NCBI GenBank assembly: GCA_937973565.1
Contig: CALJKQ010000064.1
Span: 3,671-67,670 of the forward strand
Direction of reading: 5' to 3'
From: an uncultured Saprospiraceae bacterium
GTDB lineage: Bacteria; Bacteroidota; Bacteroidia; Chitinophagales; Saprospiraceae
Length of the DNA stretch: 64,000 bases
Part shown: piece by piece, positions 29,267-38,442 of the stretch
How the letters are laid out: every line of letters begins with the position of its first letter
Numbering within the stretch: position 1 is the first letter of the stretch
Position numbers and translations under genes: made by a program
Notes under the pieces: model-generated
What the model was told of the DNA's origin: nothing
The model's database searches: none
The model's input: the letters and a program-made list of their open reading frames with translations, nothing else

Positions 29267-30262
29267 TCAAATCGAACCCAAATCTATCAAATTTGTTCCT
29301 TCTACCAAGTGTCTGATTTCATGATCCTGGTTTTGGATGTGGTGAATGAGCAATTGGCAGGCCGATTTTCCAATCTGGTACCCTGAATGAAAGATGTGGC
29401 TGATGGGGGGGAACAAAAAGTAGGGAGAGGTTCCATCGCTAATGCCAATAACACTCAGCTCATGAGGAACCCGGAGTCCCATTTTTAAAAAATGATTCAG
29501 TCCATGAACCATTATCTCGTCGGTCATAAAAAAAACGCCATCCGGGAGGTATTCTTCGGTTTTTGCCCTAAGTTGCTCATTGATTTGGTGGATGTTGTTT
29601 ACGATGAGAAAAGGTTGCGGATCAATCGGTATTCCACCGTCCTGGACGGCTTTCAAAAAACCCTCAAATCGGTCCTGCGTGATGGTAAGATTTTCGTGTC
29701 CGAAGACGCCCAGGATTTTTTTTCTGGATTTTTGGATCAAGGCAGAAGTTGCCGTATAAGCTGCTTCGAAGCCATCGATAGTGACAGTGGGAAAATCGTT
29801 GCCGGCAAGGACTTTATCGACCAGCACCACCGGAATTTGGCTGTCTTTTAGGATCTGCAGGTGGTTGAGGTTGCTGGTATTGTCGCTCAAAGAGATGAGC
29901 ACCCCTTCGACAACCCAGCTAAGGCAATATTTGATGATTTCGGCTTCAGCTTCAAATTGATTGCCCGATTGAAAAATGATGACCTTGTAGCCTCTTTCAT
30001 CTGCGTATTGCTGGATGCCTTTGATAAGGTCCGGAATGAAGAATCGATTAAATTCCGGGAGGATGAGGGCGATCATTTTCGTATTCTTTTTTCGGAAGAA
30101 CCGGGCATGAAGATTGGGCAGATAGTTGAATTTTTGAGCAACTTCTCTGACCCGGATTTTGGTATCTTCACTGATGTCGGGATGATCGGATAAAGCCCTT
30201 GAAACCGTGGATACGGAAATGGATAACATTTTGGCAATATCGACGATTGTAATTTTGTTCAT
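29267..30262 (-). CDS. LacI/GalR-family transcriptional regulator
   Basis: N-terminal HTH MNKITIVDIAKMLSISVSTVSRALSDHPDISEDTKIRVREVAQKFNYLPN plus a periplasmic-binding-protein-like sugar-binding core. Confidence 0.9.
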   Translation of the reverse strand: MNKITIVDIAKMLSISVSTVSRALSDHPDISEDTKIRVREVAQKFNYLPNLHARFFRKKNTKMIALILPEFNRFFIPDLIKGIQQYADERGYKVIIFQSGNQFEAEAEIIKYCLSWVVEGVLISLSDNTSNLNHLQILKDSQIPVVLVDKVLAGNDFPTVTIDGFEAAYTATSALIQKSRKKILGVFGHENLTITQDRFEGFLKAVQDGGIPIDPQPFLIVNNIHQINEQLRAKTEEYLPDGVFFMTDEIMVHGLNHFLKMGLRVPHELSVIGISDGTSPYFLFPPISHIFHSGYQIGKSACQLLIHHIQNQDHEIRHLVEGTNLIDLGSI

Positions 30263-30293
30263 AGGTCAAATTTAACATTTCATTTTATTAACA

Positions 30294-30317
30294 ACAAACG
30301 TTTGCACAAACGTTTGC
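30294..30317. promoter_or_regulatory. tandem LacI-type operator (perfect 12-bp direct duplication, each copy containing the palindrome caaacgtttg)
   Basis: acaaacgtttgc occurs at 30294-30305 and again at 30306-30317. This is 32-55 bp upstream of the LacI start and about 280 bp upstream of susC. The AAACGTTT core with a central CG is typical of LacI/GalR operators. Confidence 0.6.
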
Positions 30318-30596
30318 GTTTATTTTTAATTTGTTAACATTTAAATAATACCTATCATTGCTAATCTATTACAAGGGATAGGAAATACCACAAAAACAAG
30401 GTTTAGAAAAAATATTTAATATGTAAAACTGCCAGGAAGCGAATATTTATTTTTTAACGTTATGTTAAAATAATATTCATTCCGACATTTACAATCCCAA
30501 CGTTCTGAAAAACAATGTATTATGAGGGGCATAATCACACTTACGTGTTTTATGATATAACTTTCTAATTAATTAAATCAAAATCGTCAAAGCCAC

Positions 30597-33554
30597 ATGA
30601 AGAGAACATTAACAAAATTTATGTTTCTTTTGGTATTTGCCCTGGGAGTTTCCTTTACCTACGCGCAGCGTACGGTTTCCGGAAAAGTGACAGACGGCAA
30701 GACCGGTGACCCCCTAATCGGGGCCAACATTTTGGTGAAGGGAACCAGCACGGGAACCATTACCGACCTCGATGGTATGTATTCAATCAGCGCCGCTGAA
30801 GGATCTACCCTCGTTTTTTCTTACACAGGATATGCCAATCAGGAAGCTGTGGTTGGTTCTTCCTCAACCATCGACATAGCCCTTCAGGAAGGTTCCGTGT
30901 TGGATGAAGTTGTTATCGTTGGATACGGCTCTCAAAAGAAGAGAGATGTAACCGGCTCAGTTGCCTCATTGAAAGAAAAAGATTTCAACCAGGGTATTGT
31001 TACTTCAGCAGACCAATTGTTGCAAAACAGGGTTGCGGGAGTAAACATCATCAACAACAGTGGTCAGCCGGGAGGTCAGGCTACAGTTAAGATTCGTGGT
31101 AACAACTCTATCCGTGCAGGTGCGAGTCCACTTTATGTAATTGACGGGGTGCCTTTGGATGGCCGTACAGCTAAGGCTGGATTGTTGGCTACTGATATTG
31201 GAGCTATTGCCAACTCAAACCCATTGAACTTCATTAACCCATCAGATATTGCCAATATCGATGTATTAAAAGATGCCTCTTCTGCGGCTATCTATGGTTC
31301 AAGAGCTTCCAATGGTGTTATCCTCATTACTACCAAAAAAGCTAAATCAGGTGCACCAAAAGTGGACTTTGGAGTTAGCTTGGGTACCAGCTCAGTATTG
31401 AAAAAGTACGATGTTTTGTCTGCAGACGAATACAGATCAGCTTTGAGCAGGTACGGTTTGGCATCAGGCGATGGCAAAGGAAGTGTTGATGCTTTCGATC
31501 AAATTACAAGAAATGGTATCAACCAAAATTACAATATCTCTATCGGAGGAGGTTCTGAAACTGCAACTTACCGTTTTTCAGGAGGTTATCAGGACATCCA
31601 GGGTATCATCAAAGATTCTGGTCTGAAGAGATATACCGCTTCTTTCAACTCTAATTTCAAAGTGTTGGATGGCAAATTGGGTTTGGATGCGATGTTGATC
31701 GCAAGCCAGACTGTTGAGGATATTGCACCTATCTCAACCAACGCCGGTTTTACCGGTAACCTGGTTGCGCAGGCATTGCAGTGGAACCCAACCGTTCCGT
31801 TAACAACTGCCAATGGAGATTTTACAACCTCTAAAAACAACCCATTGGTGGGTGCAACTACCATCAACCCGTTGAACTTGTTGGATGGTCATTTTGAAAA
31901 TGCAAAGACCACTACTACTTTGGCTAACATTTCTCCTTACTGGAACATTACAGATAACCTTCAATACCGATACAGATTGGGTATCAATTACGGTTTGGGA
32001 AATACCAGAGGAGCGATTTCAGGTAATGTAAATGTGCAAGGCATTGAAGGCTTAGGTTGGGCAGGTATGGCCAACAATGAGTTGTTGTCAACCATCCATT
32101 CTCACACATTAAGCTTCAACAAAAATGTGTCAGACGACCTGAGATTGGAAGCCATTGCCGGCTACGAATATCAGAAATTTGACTTCAGAGGATATGCACT
32201 GGCAGGTCGTGGTTTTGCTGTTTTGGATTTTGACAATACCAATGCGATTCAAAACTCAAGCAATGCCAACAAGCGTTTCATTTCATTTGCTGATCCAATC
32301 AGCGAATTGCAGTCATACTTTGGTAGAGCAACTTTGGGATTCAAAGGTAAATACAACCTTACTGCTACTTTGAGAGCTGACGGATCCTCAAAATTTGGTG
32401 AAAACAACAAATACGGTATTTTCCCATCTTTTGGTGCTTCCTGGAACATCAAATCAGAAGATTTCCTTGCAGACAACGACAACATCAGCGACCTGAAATT
32501 GCGTTTGGGCTGGGGTAAAACCGGTAACCAGGAATTCCCTGCAGGCTCTGCTCAGGAAAGATACCAATTATTGGAAAACGGGGCTTCCAAATTGGAAAAC
32601 GTTGCTAATCCTAACTTGAAATGGGAGTCTTCATCCACGCTTAACTTTGGTTTGGATTTTGGATTAATAAACAATTCACTAACTGGTAGCATCGATTACT
32701 ATAGCAGAGTAACAAATAATTTGTTGCTGGATCCAACTGTCTCTGAACCAGGTCCAGATGTAAAAGGTTGGAAAAATATAGATGGAGAAGTCTTAAATAC
32801 AGGTGTAGAAATCGCATTGAATGCACAACTTTTCGAAAAAGAGAATTTTGCCTGGTCATTGGGTGGAAACGTTTCATTCCTTAACAATGAATTTAGAAAC
32901 TACAGTGGTCCTCCAATTCTTACCGGTGACTTGTTTGGTCAGGGATCTTCAGGAGCCTATGTACAGGAAATGAAAAATGGTTATCCATTGAATACATTCT
33001 TTGTAAGGGAATACCTAGGTCTGGATGAAACAGGGAACAGTAAGTACACACAGGGTGGTGATGTTACTGTTGCTGCTGGCGATCCAAATGCAAACATTAT
33101 CCTGGGTCTTTCTACCAGCTTAGCTATCAGTAAACTTAACTTCTCAATGAACTGGAATGGCGCTTTTGGCCATCAATTGTACAACAATACAGCTATGTCA
33201 GTGTTACCTATCGGTAACCTTGGTAGCAGAAACCTTGATGCTGCATTGTTGGAAGGCGATGTAAAAGAAAGTGTTGCCAATCCAATCACATCTTCTTCAA
33301 GATACGTCGAAGATGGTGATTTTGTGAAACTGGCCAATGCTACCTTATCTTATGATTTGGGAAAAGTTTCTAAGTTGTCAAATGTTAGATTGTCACTTAC
33401 TGGTCAGAACCTTTTGGTTATAACAAACTACAGTGGATTTGACCCTGAAGTTAACACTGTTAACCTTAGAAATGGTATTCCTTCTTCAGGTATTGAGTAC
33501 ATTCCTTATCCTTCCGCAAAATCATTTATTTTCGGTTTAAATGTTTCATTCTAA
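30597..33554 (+). CDS. SusC/RagA-family TonB-linked outer-membrane transporter
   Basis: 985 aa. Signal peptide, CarboxypepD_reg (GKVTDGKTGDPLIGANILVKGTSTGTITDLDGMYSI), plug (IVGYGSQKKRDVTGSV), ends ...GLNVSF. Followed by SusD. Confidence 0.93.
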   Translation: MKRTLTKFMFLLVFALGVSFTYAQRTVSGKVTDGKTGDPLIGANILVKGTSTGTITDLDGMYSISAAEGSTLVFSYTGYANQEAVVGSSSTIDIALQEGSVLDEVVIVGYGSQKKRDVTGSVASLKEKDFNQGIVTSADQLLQNRVAGVNIINNSGQPGGQATVKIRGNNSIRAGASPLYVIDGVPLDGRTAKAGLLATDIGAIANSNPLNFINPSDIANIDVLKDASSAAIYGSRASNGVILITTKKAKSGAPKVDFGVSLGTSSVLKKYDVLSADEYRSALSRYGLASGDGKGSVDAFDQITRNGINQNYNISIGGGSETATYRFSGGYQDIQGIIKDSGLKRYTASFNSNFKVLDGKLGLDAMLIASQTVEDIAPISTNAGFTGNLVAQALQWNPTVPLTTANGDFTTSKNNPLVGATTINPLNLLDGHFENAKTTTTLANISPYWNITDNLQYRYRLGINYGLGNTRGAISGNVNVQGIEGLGWAGMANNELLSTIHSHTLSFNKNVSDDLRLEAIAGYEYQKFDFRGYALAGRGFAVLDFDNTNAIQNSSNANKRFISFADPISELQSYFGRATLGFKGKYNLTATLRADGSSKFGENNKYGIFPSFGASWNIKSEDFLADNDNISDLKLRLGWGKTGNQEFPAGSAQERYQLLENGASKLENVANPNLKWESSSTLNFGLDFGLINNSLTGSIDYYSRVTNNLLLDPTVSEPGPDVKGWKNIDGEVLNTGVEIALNAQLFEKENFAWSLGGNVSFLNNEFRNYSGPPILTGDLFGQGSSGAYVQEMKNGYPLNTFFVREYLGLDETGNSKYTQGGDVTVAAGDPNANIILGLSTSLAISKLNFSMNWNGAFGHQLYNNTAMSVLPIGNLGSRNLDAALLEGDVKESVANPITSSSRYVEDGDFVKLANATLSYDLGKVSKLSNVRLSLTGQNLLVITNYSGFDPEVNTVNLRNGIPSSGIEYIPYPSAKSFIFGLNVSF

Positions 33555-33572
33555 TTAAAAATCATATCAATC

Positions 33573-35078
33573 ATGAAATACAAAATAATCTTATTGTTGA
33601 TGGTTGGCTTCAGCTTTCAGACCTGTACAGATCTGAAAGAAGAACTGAGGGAAGACCTGACAAAGGAGGAAGCATCAAAACTTGTAAAAGTTGAGTCAAT
33701 ACTTCAAGCAGCTTACGATGGGATGAAAAATCCTTACCAGGATCAATCCCGTTTCTGGGCTGCACAAGAGCACACCACTGATGCAGCTATGGGCCCAACC
33801 AGGGGACCAGACTGGGACGACAATGGAATCTGGAGATCACTCCATGCCCATACTTGGACAGCAGATCATTCATTCCTTACCAGTACATTTAGTGAATTAC
33901 TGCAAGTTGTTTTTACAACTACAGATTTATTGCAGTTTAATCCCACACCACAGCAAGCTGCAGAAGCTCGTTATCTGAGATCTTTCGTAATGCTTTCTGT
34001 ACTGGATGGTTGGGGACAAGTTCCTTTCAGAGACGCAGGCTCTTCATTGTTGGAAGATGCCCAGGTATTGGGTCCTCAGGAAGTAGTTGACTTCGTGGTA
34101 TCAGAAATGGATGCCATCATCAATGACTTACCTGCCAGCCCAACCAACAGAGCCAACAAAGACGCAGCACGTGTATTGAAAATGAAGGCATTGCTCAACA
34201 AAGGTGCTTACCTTAACAGAGAAACTCCATCATTCAATGCCGCTGATATGAATGCGGTATCTGCCATTGCAGATCAGATCATTGGTTCAGGTAAATACCA
34301 GCTTTCTGACAATTATTTTGACAACTTTGCTCCAGACAATAATGTTAGAAGTACTGAAAACATTTGGACTGCAGAGAACATCGGTGGTGTTTCTTCAGGT
34401 AACGTAAGATCAAGGTGGTTTTGTACCCTTCACTACAACCAGAACCCTTCCGGATGGAATGGTTTTACAACACTGGGTGATTTTTACATGTCTTTTGAAG
34501 ACAACGACTCTAGAAAGAAAGCCAATTACACCGGTATGACCGATGTATCCGGTATCAATGCAGGTTTCCTTTTCGGTCAGCAGTTCAATGAAAAAGGAGA
34601 AGCTCTTAAGGATAGAAAGGGGAATCCGCTTTCATTTACCAAAGAGGTGGCCATCAAAGAATCAGGAGCTAATCTCGAAATTACCGGTATCAGGGTTATC
34701 AAATATCCAATCGACTACAATAATGGAGATAACGTAGACAACGATTATGTTTACTACAGATATTCAGATGTATTGTTGATGAAAGCGGAAGCCATGCTTC
34801 GCACCGGCAATGCAGCAGGAGCATTAGATATTGTAAACCAGATCAGAACAAAAAGAGGTGCTTCTCCGCTTGCTGCTCTAACAACTGATAACTTATTAGC
34901 AGAAAGAGGAAGAGAGTTGTACTGGGAAGGTCACAGGAGAACTGACCTTATCCGTTTTGGCAAATTCTTGAATGCCTGGGAAGAGAAATCCGCTTCAGGC
35001 AAAGAGAGACTTTTGTTCCCAATACCAACACAATCTCTCGCTTCAAATCCAAATTTGAAGCAGAATCCTGGCTATTAA
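33573..35078 (+). CDS. SusD/RagB-family nutrient-binding lipoprotein
   Basis: 501 aa, lipobox ...FSFQTC. C-terminal SusD signature RYSDVLLMKAEA...RGRELYWEGHRRTDLIRFGKF. Confidence 0.9.
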   Translation: MKYKIILLLMVGFSFQTCTDLKEELREDLTKEEASKLVKVESILQAAYDGMKNPYQDQSRFWAAQEHTTDAAMGPTRGPDWDDNGIWRSLHAHTWTADHSFLTSTFSELLQVVFTTTDLLQFNPTPQQAAEARYLRSFVMLSVLDGWGQVPFRDAGSSLLEDAQVLGPQEVVDFVVSEMDAIINDLPASPTNRANKDAARVLKMKALLNKGAYLNRETPSFNAADMNAVSAIADQIIGSGKYQLSDNYFDNFAPDNNVRSTENIWTAENIGGVSSGNVRSRWFCTLHYNQNPSGWNGFTTLGDFYMSFEDNDSRKKANYTGMTDVSGINAGFLFGQQFNEKGEALKDRKGNPLSFTKEVAIKESGANLEITGIRVIKYPIDYNNGDNVDNDYVYYRYSDVLLMKAEAMLRTGNAAGALDIVNQIRTKRGASPLAALTTDNLLAERGRELYWEGHRRTDLIRFGKFLNAWEEKSASGKERLLFPIPTQSLASNPNLKQNPGY

Positions 35079-35101
35079 TGGTTAAAAATTCTAATTTTAC
35101 A

Positions 35102-35126
35102 GGGGAGCATTTTGCTCCCCTTTTTT
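35102..35126 (+). terminator. intrinsic terminator hairpin between susD and the downstream FG-GAP genes
   Basis: ggggagc-atttt-gctcccc (35102-35120) followed by tttttt (35121-35126), 24 bp after the susD stop. Confidence 0.65.
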
Positions 35127-38100
35127 GTTTAAATACCATACATTGAAACCGCTTTATTACTCTGTTATTGCCCTTTTGCTGGTATCCTGCCATGCAGATC
35201 AACAGAAGGCAACTCAAAATTCCAATGCTGTATTCACGCTTCTTGATGCTGATCAGACAGGTATTTCCTTTTCCAATCCGGTAGAGAATACCGAAAAATT
35301 CAACATTTTCAATTACCGCAATTTTTACAACGGAGGGGGTGTTGCCATCGGCGACATCAACAACGATGGACTTTCGGATGTATTCATGACAGCCAATATG
35401 AAAGAAAATCGCCTTTACATAAATAAGGGAAATTTTCAATTTGAAGACATCTCCCATTCTGCCTTTGGCAAGCAGGATATACACTGGAGTACAGGTGTGG
35501 TAATGGTAGATATCAACAACGACGGCTGGCTGGATATCTATGTATGCAATGCAGGCTACCAATCCGGCGTAGAAACCGCCAATCAATTGTTCATCAATAA
35601 CAAGGATTTGACATTCACCGAAAGGGCCACTGAATATGGTCTGGACGACAGGGGTTACACTACCCATGCCGCTTTTTTTGACTACGATAAAGACGGCGAC
35701 CTCGATGCCTATATCCTCAACAATAGCTTTATACCGGTCAACACACTCAACTATTCCAACAAACGTGAACAACGGGCAGAAGACTGGGAGGTAAAAGATT
35801 TTCTGAAAGGAGGAGGTGATAAGCTGCTGAGAAACGACAAGGGGCATTTTACGGATGTAAGCAAAGAGGCGGGTGTTTATGGCAGCCTTATCGGCTTCGG
35901 ACTTGGCATCTCCGTTGGTGACGTCAATGGCGATCAATGGCCCGACCTCTATATTAGTAACGATTTTTACGAAAAAGATTATTTGTACATCAACCAAAAA
36001 AACGGCAAATTCAAAGAAGAGCTGGAAAACCGCATGGGTCACATCAGCCTTTCATCGATGGGCTCCGATATAGCAGACATCAACAATGACGGGCACCTCG
36101 ATATCTTTGCCACCGATATGCTTCCTTCAGAAGATATAAGACTCAAACGCACCACTTCGTATGAAAGCAATGATCTTTTTAACCTCAAGTTGGGTAAAGG
36201 ATTCTATTACCAATACATGCAAAATACATTACAGCTCAACCGGGGTGATGGCCACTTTACGGAAATAGCCAATATGGCGGGCACAGAAGCATCTGACTGG
36301 AGTTGGGGTGCACTGATTTTTGATGCAGACAATGACGGCTGGCAGGATTTGTTGGTTTGTAACGGAATTTACAAAGACGTAATCGATCAGGACTTCATCG
36401 ATTTTTTTGCCAACGAAGTGATGCAACAAATGGTAATGAGTGGCAAAAAACAAAAGGTGGATACCATTGTAGGCCTGATGCCCTCTACGCCTATACCCAA
36501 CAGGATGTTTCGCAATAAGGGTGACCTCACCTACCAGGACGTTGCCAAAGATTGGGGCCTCGACCAGCCCGGCTTCTCTAATGGAGCGGCCTACGGAGAT
36601 CTCGACAACGACGGCGACCTGGATCTCATCGTCAACAATGTAAACGCACCGTGCTTTGTCTATCGCAACAACACCAACAAAGCACAACACTATATTTCTG
36701 TGAAACTAAAAGGCACATCGCCCAATACATACGCCATAGGAGCCAGTGTTGAAGTCTACGCAGGTCATCAGCGTTACTTTAAAGAAATTATGCCCTCCCG
36801 CGGCTTTCAATCCTCGGTAGACTATACCCAGGTTTTTGGTTTGGGCAAACAAATTACCGTCGATTCACTGGTGGTAAGTTGGCCGAATGGAAAAAGACAA
36901 AGCTGGATAAAACCGGCGGTTGACCAAATCCTTACCGCTGAGGAGGATGACCAAAAAGCTTTACCCCGCACCAAACAGACTCCTGCAACAGCCTTGTTCA
37001 AAAACAAAGTATTGCCGGGCATCTGGACTCATAAGGAGGATGATCATGTAGACTTTTATTATGAAAGAGGCATCTATGAAATGCTGAGCAAAGAGGGTCC
37101 TGCTTTGGCCATGGCAGACCTCAATAAAGATGGCATAGATGATATTTTTGTCGGAGCAGCCAGGGGACAAAGCCCCGTACTTTATTGGTCTTCCTCAAAA
37201 GGATATACCGAAGACACCAAAAGATTTAACTATACTGAATTTGAAGATACCGCCGCTGCCTTTTTTGACGCAGACGGTGATGGTGACCTCGACTTGTTTG
37301 TGGGGTCGGGCGGCAACTTCAATCCACCGCTTACCCGTGAAATGCAGGATCGAATTTACATCAACAACAACAATCAGTTCACCCTTTCCACCCGCGCTCT
37401 TCCTACCAACGGCATGAATACCTCAGTTTGCATTCCTTTTGATTTCGACAATGATGGGGATGTGGACTTGTTTGTAGGCAGCAGAAGTTTTCCGCAGAAA
37501 TATGGTGAGCAGCCTGACAATTATCTTTATGAAAACAATGGCAAAGGGATTTTCCAGAATGTTGCGCCTACCTTGTGTCAGACATTGGCAAAGGCAGGTA
37601 TGGTTACCTCTGCTACGCTGGTTGATTTAAATGGCGACCAAAAAAAGGAACTGGTCGTTGCCAGTTCATGGGGGTCAGTAACGGCCTTTGGTTTTGATAA
37701 AAAGAAAATCACACCCTGGCCGCCTCTGATGGGTAAAGACCAGACCGGCTTATGGACGTACGTAGGTAATTTTGACATCGATAACGACGGCGATCAGGAT
37801 CTCCTGTGTGGAAACATAGGCCTCAATAGCATTTTGTCAGACCATGCCATGGAATTGTGGGTGGGTGATTTTGACGCCAATAAAACGGTTGATAAAATCC
37901 TGACCCGGAAAATTGGCGATCGGTTTGTACCTGTGATGATGAAAAGAGAATTCATGGAACAGCTGCCATCGCTCAAGAAAAACAACTTAAAACACCAGGA
38001 TTTTGCCAACAAAGGCATAGAAGACCTGTTGCCACCGGGAAGCAGAAATAAAGCTTTGATCAGAAGTGCCAACTATTTTGCTTCGGTAGTTTTGATCAAC

Positions 38101-38442
38101 AAGGGCAAGGGACAGTTTGAATCGAGAGAGCTGCCCCATAACTTCCAGACATCTTGTCTCAATGCGGCGGTTATTATAGATGTCAACAACGACCAATGGC
38201 CTGACATTATACCCGTTGGCAACCGTTCGGTTTTTGCCCCACAGTTTGGCAGGCTCGATGGATTTTGCGGAGACATTTTGATTAATGAAAAAGGACAATC
38301 ATTTTCATCCTTGCCATCTTACCAAAGTGGTCTGGATTTAAGGGGAGATGCCAGGTGTGCAGGCCTTATCAAAACAAAAGAAAAGAAATCGTTTATCGTA
38401 ACTTTTAACAACCACATTCCAAAGTTTTATGAACAATTATAA
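35125..38442 (+). CDS. FG-GAP/VCBS-repeat protein with ASPIC/UnbV domain (CRTAC1-like), copy 1
   Basis: Lipobox LLLVSC. Repeated Ca-binding-like loops DINNDGLSDVF, DINNDGWLDIYV, DYDKDGDLDAY, DLDNDGDLDLIV. UnbV-like AIGASVEVYAGHQRYFKEIMPSRGFQSS. No ATG start: the listed TTG at 35125 lies in the terminator T-run, so TTG at 35143 (MKPLYYS...) is equally likely. Confidence 0.85.
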   Translation: MFKYHTLKPLYYSVIALLLVSCHADQQKATQNSNAVFTLLDADQTGISFSNPVENTEKFNIFNYRNFYNGGGVAIGDINNDGLSDVFMTANMKENRLYINKGNFQFEDISHSAFGKQDIHWSTGVVMVDINNDGWLDIYVCNAGYQSGVETANQLFINNKDLTFTERATEYGLDDRGYTTHAAFFDYDKDGDLDAYILNNSFIPVNTLNYSNKREQRAEDWEVKDFLKGGGDKLLRNDKGHFTDVSKEAGVYGSLIGFGLGISVGDVNGDQWPDLYISNDFYEKDYLYINQKNGKFKEELENRMGHISLSSMGSDIADINNDGHLDIFATDMLPSEDIRLKRTTSYESNDLFNLKLGKGFYYQYMQNTLQLNRGDGHFTEIANMAGTEASDWSWGALIFDADNDGWQDLLVCNGIYKDVIDQDFIDFFANEVMQQMVMSGKKQKVDTIVGLMPSTPIPNRMFRNKGDLTYQDVAKDWGLDQPGFSNGAAYGDLDNDGDLDLIVNNVNAPCFVYRNNTNKAQHYISVKLKGTSPNTYAIGASVEVYAGHQRYFKEIMPSRGFQSSVDYTQVFGLGKQITVDSLVVSWPNGKRQSWIKPAVDQILTAEEDDQKALPRTKQTPATALFKNKVLPGIWTHKEDDHVDFYYERGIYEMLSKEGPALAMADLNKDGIDDIFVGAARGQSPVLYWSSSKGYTEDTKRFNYTEFEDTAAAFFDADGDGDLDLFVGSGGNFNPPLTREMQDRIYINNNNQFTLSTRALPTNGMNTSVCIPFDFDNDGDVDLFVGSRSFPQKYGEQPDNYLYENNGKGIFQNVAPTLCQTLAKAGMVTSATLVDLNGDQKKELVVASSWGSVTAFGFDKKKITPWPPLMGKDQTGLWTYVGNFDIDNDGDQDLLCGNIGLNSILSDHAMELWVGDFDANKTVDKILTRKIGDRFVPVMMKREFMEQLPSLKKNNLKHQDFANKGIEDLLPPGSRNKALIRSANYFASVVLINKGKGQFESRELPHNFQTSCLNAAVIIDVNNDQWPDIIPVGNRSVFAPQFGRLDGFCGDILINEKGQSFSSLPSYQSGLDLRGDARCAGLIKTKEKKSFIVTFNNHIPKFYEQL

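Noticed and set aside
34948-36042. 364-aa ORF on the minus strand
   Set aside because: It lies entirely antisense to the 3' end of susD and the 5' part of the first FG-GAP gene, both strongly supported by motifs. Its product is a low-complexity I/V/F-rich string with no motif, so it is a classic shadow ORF.
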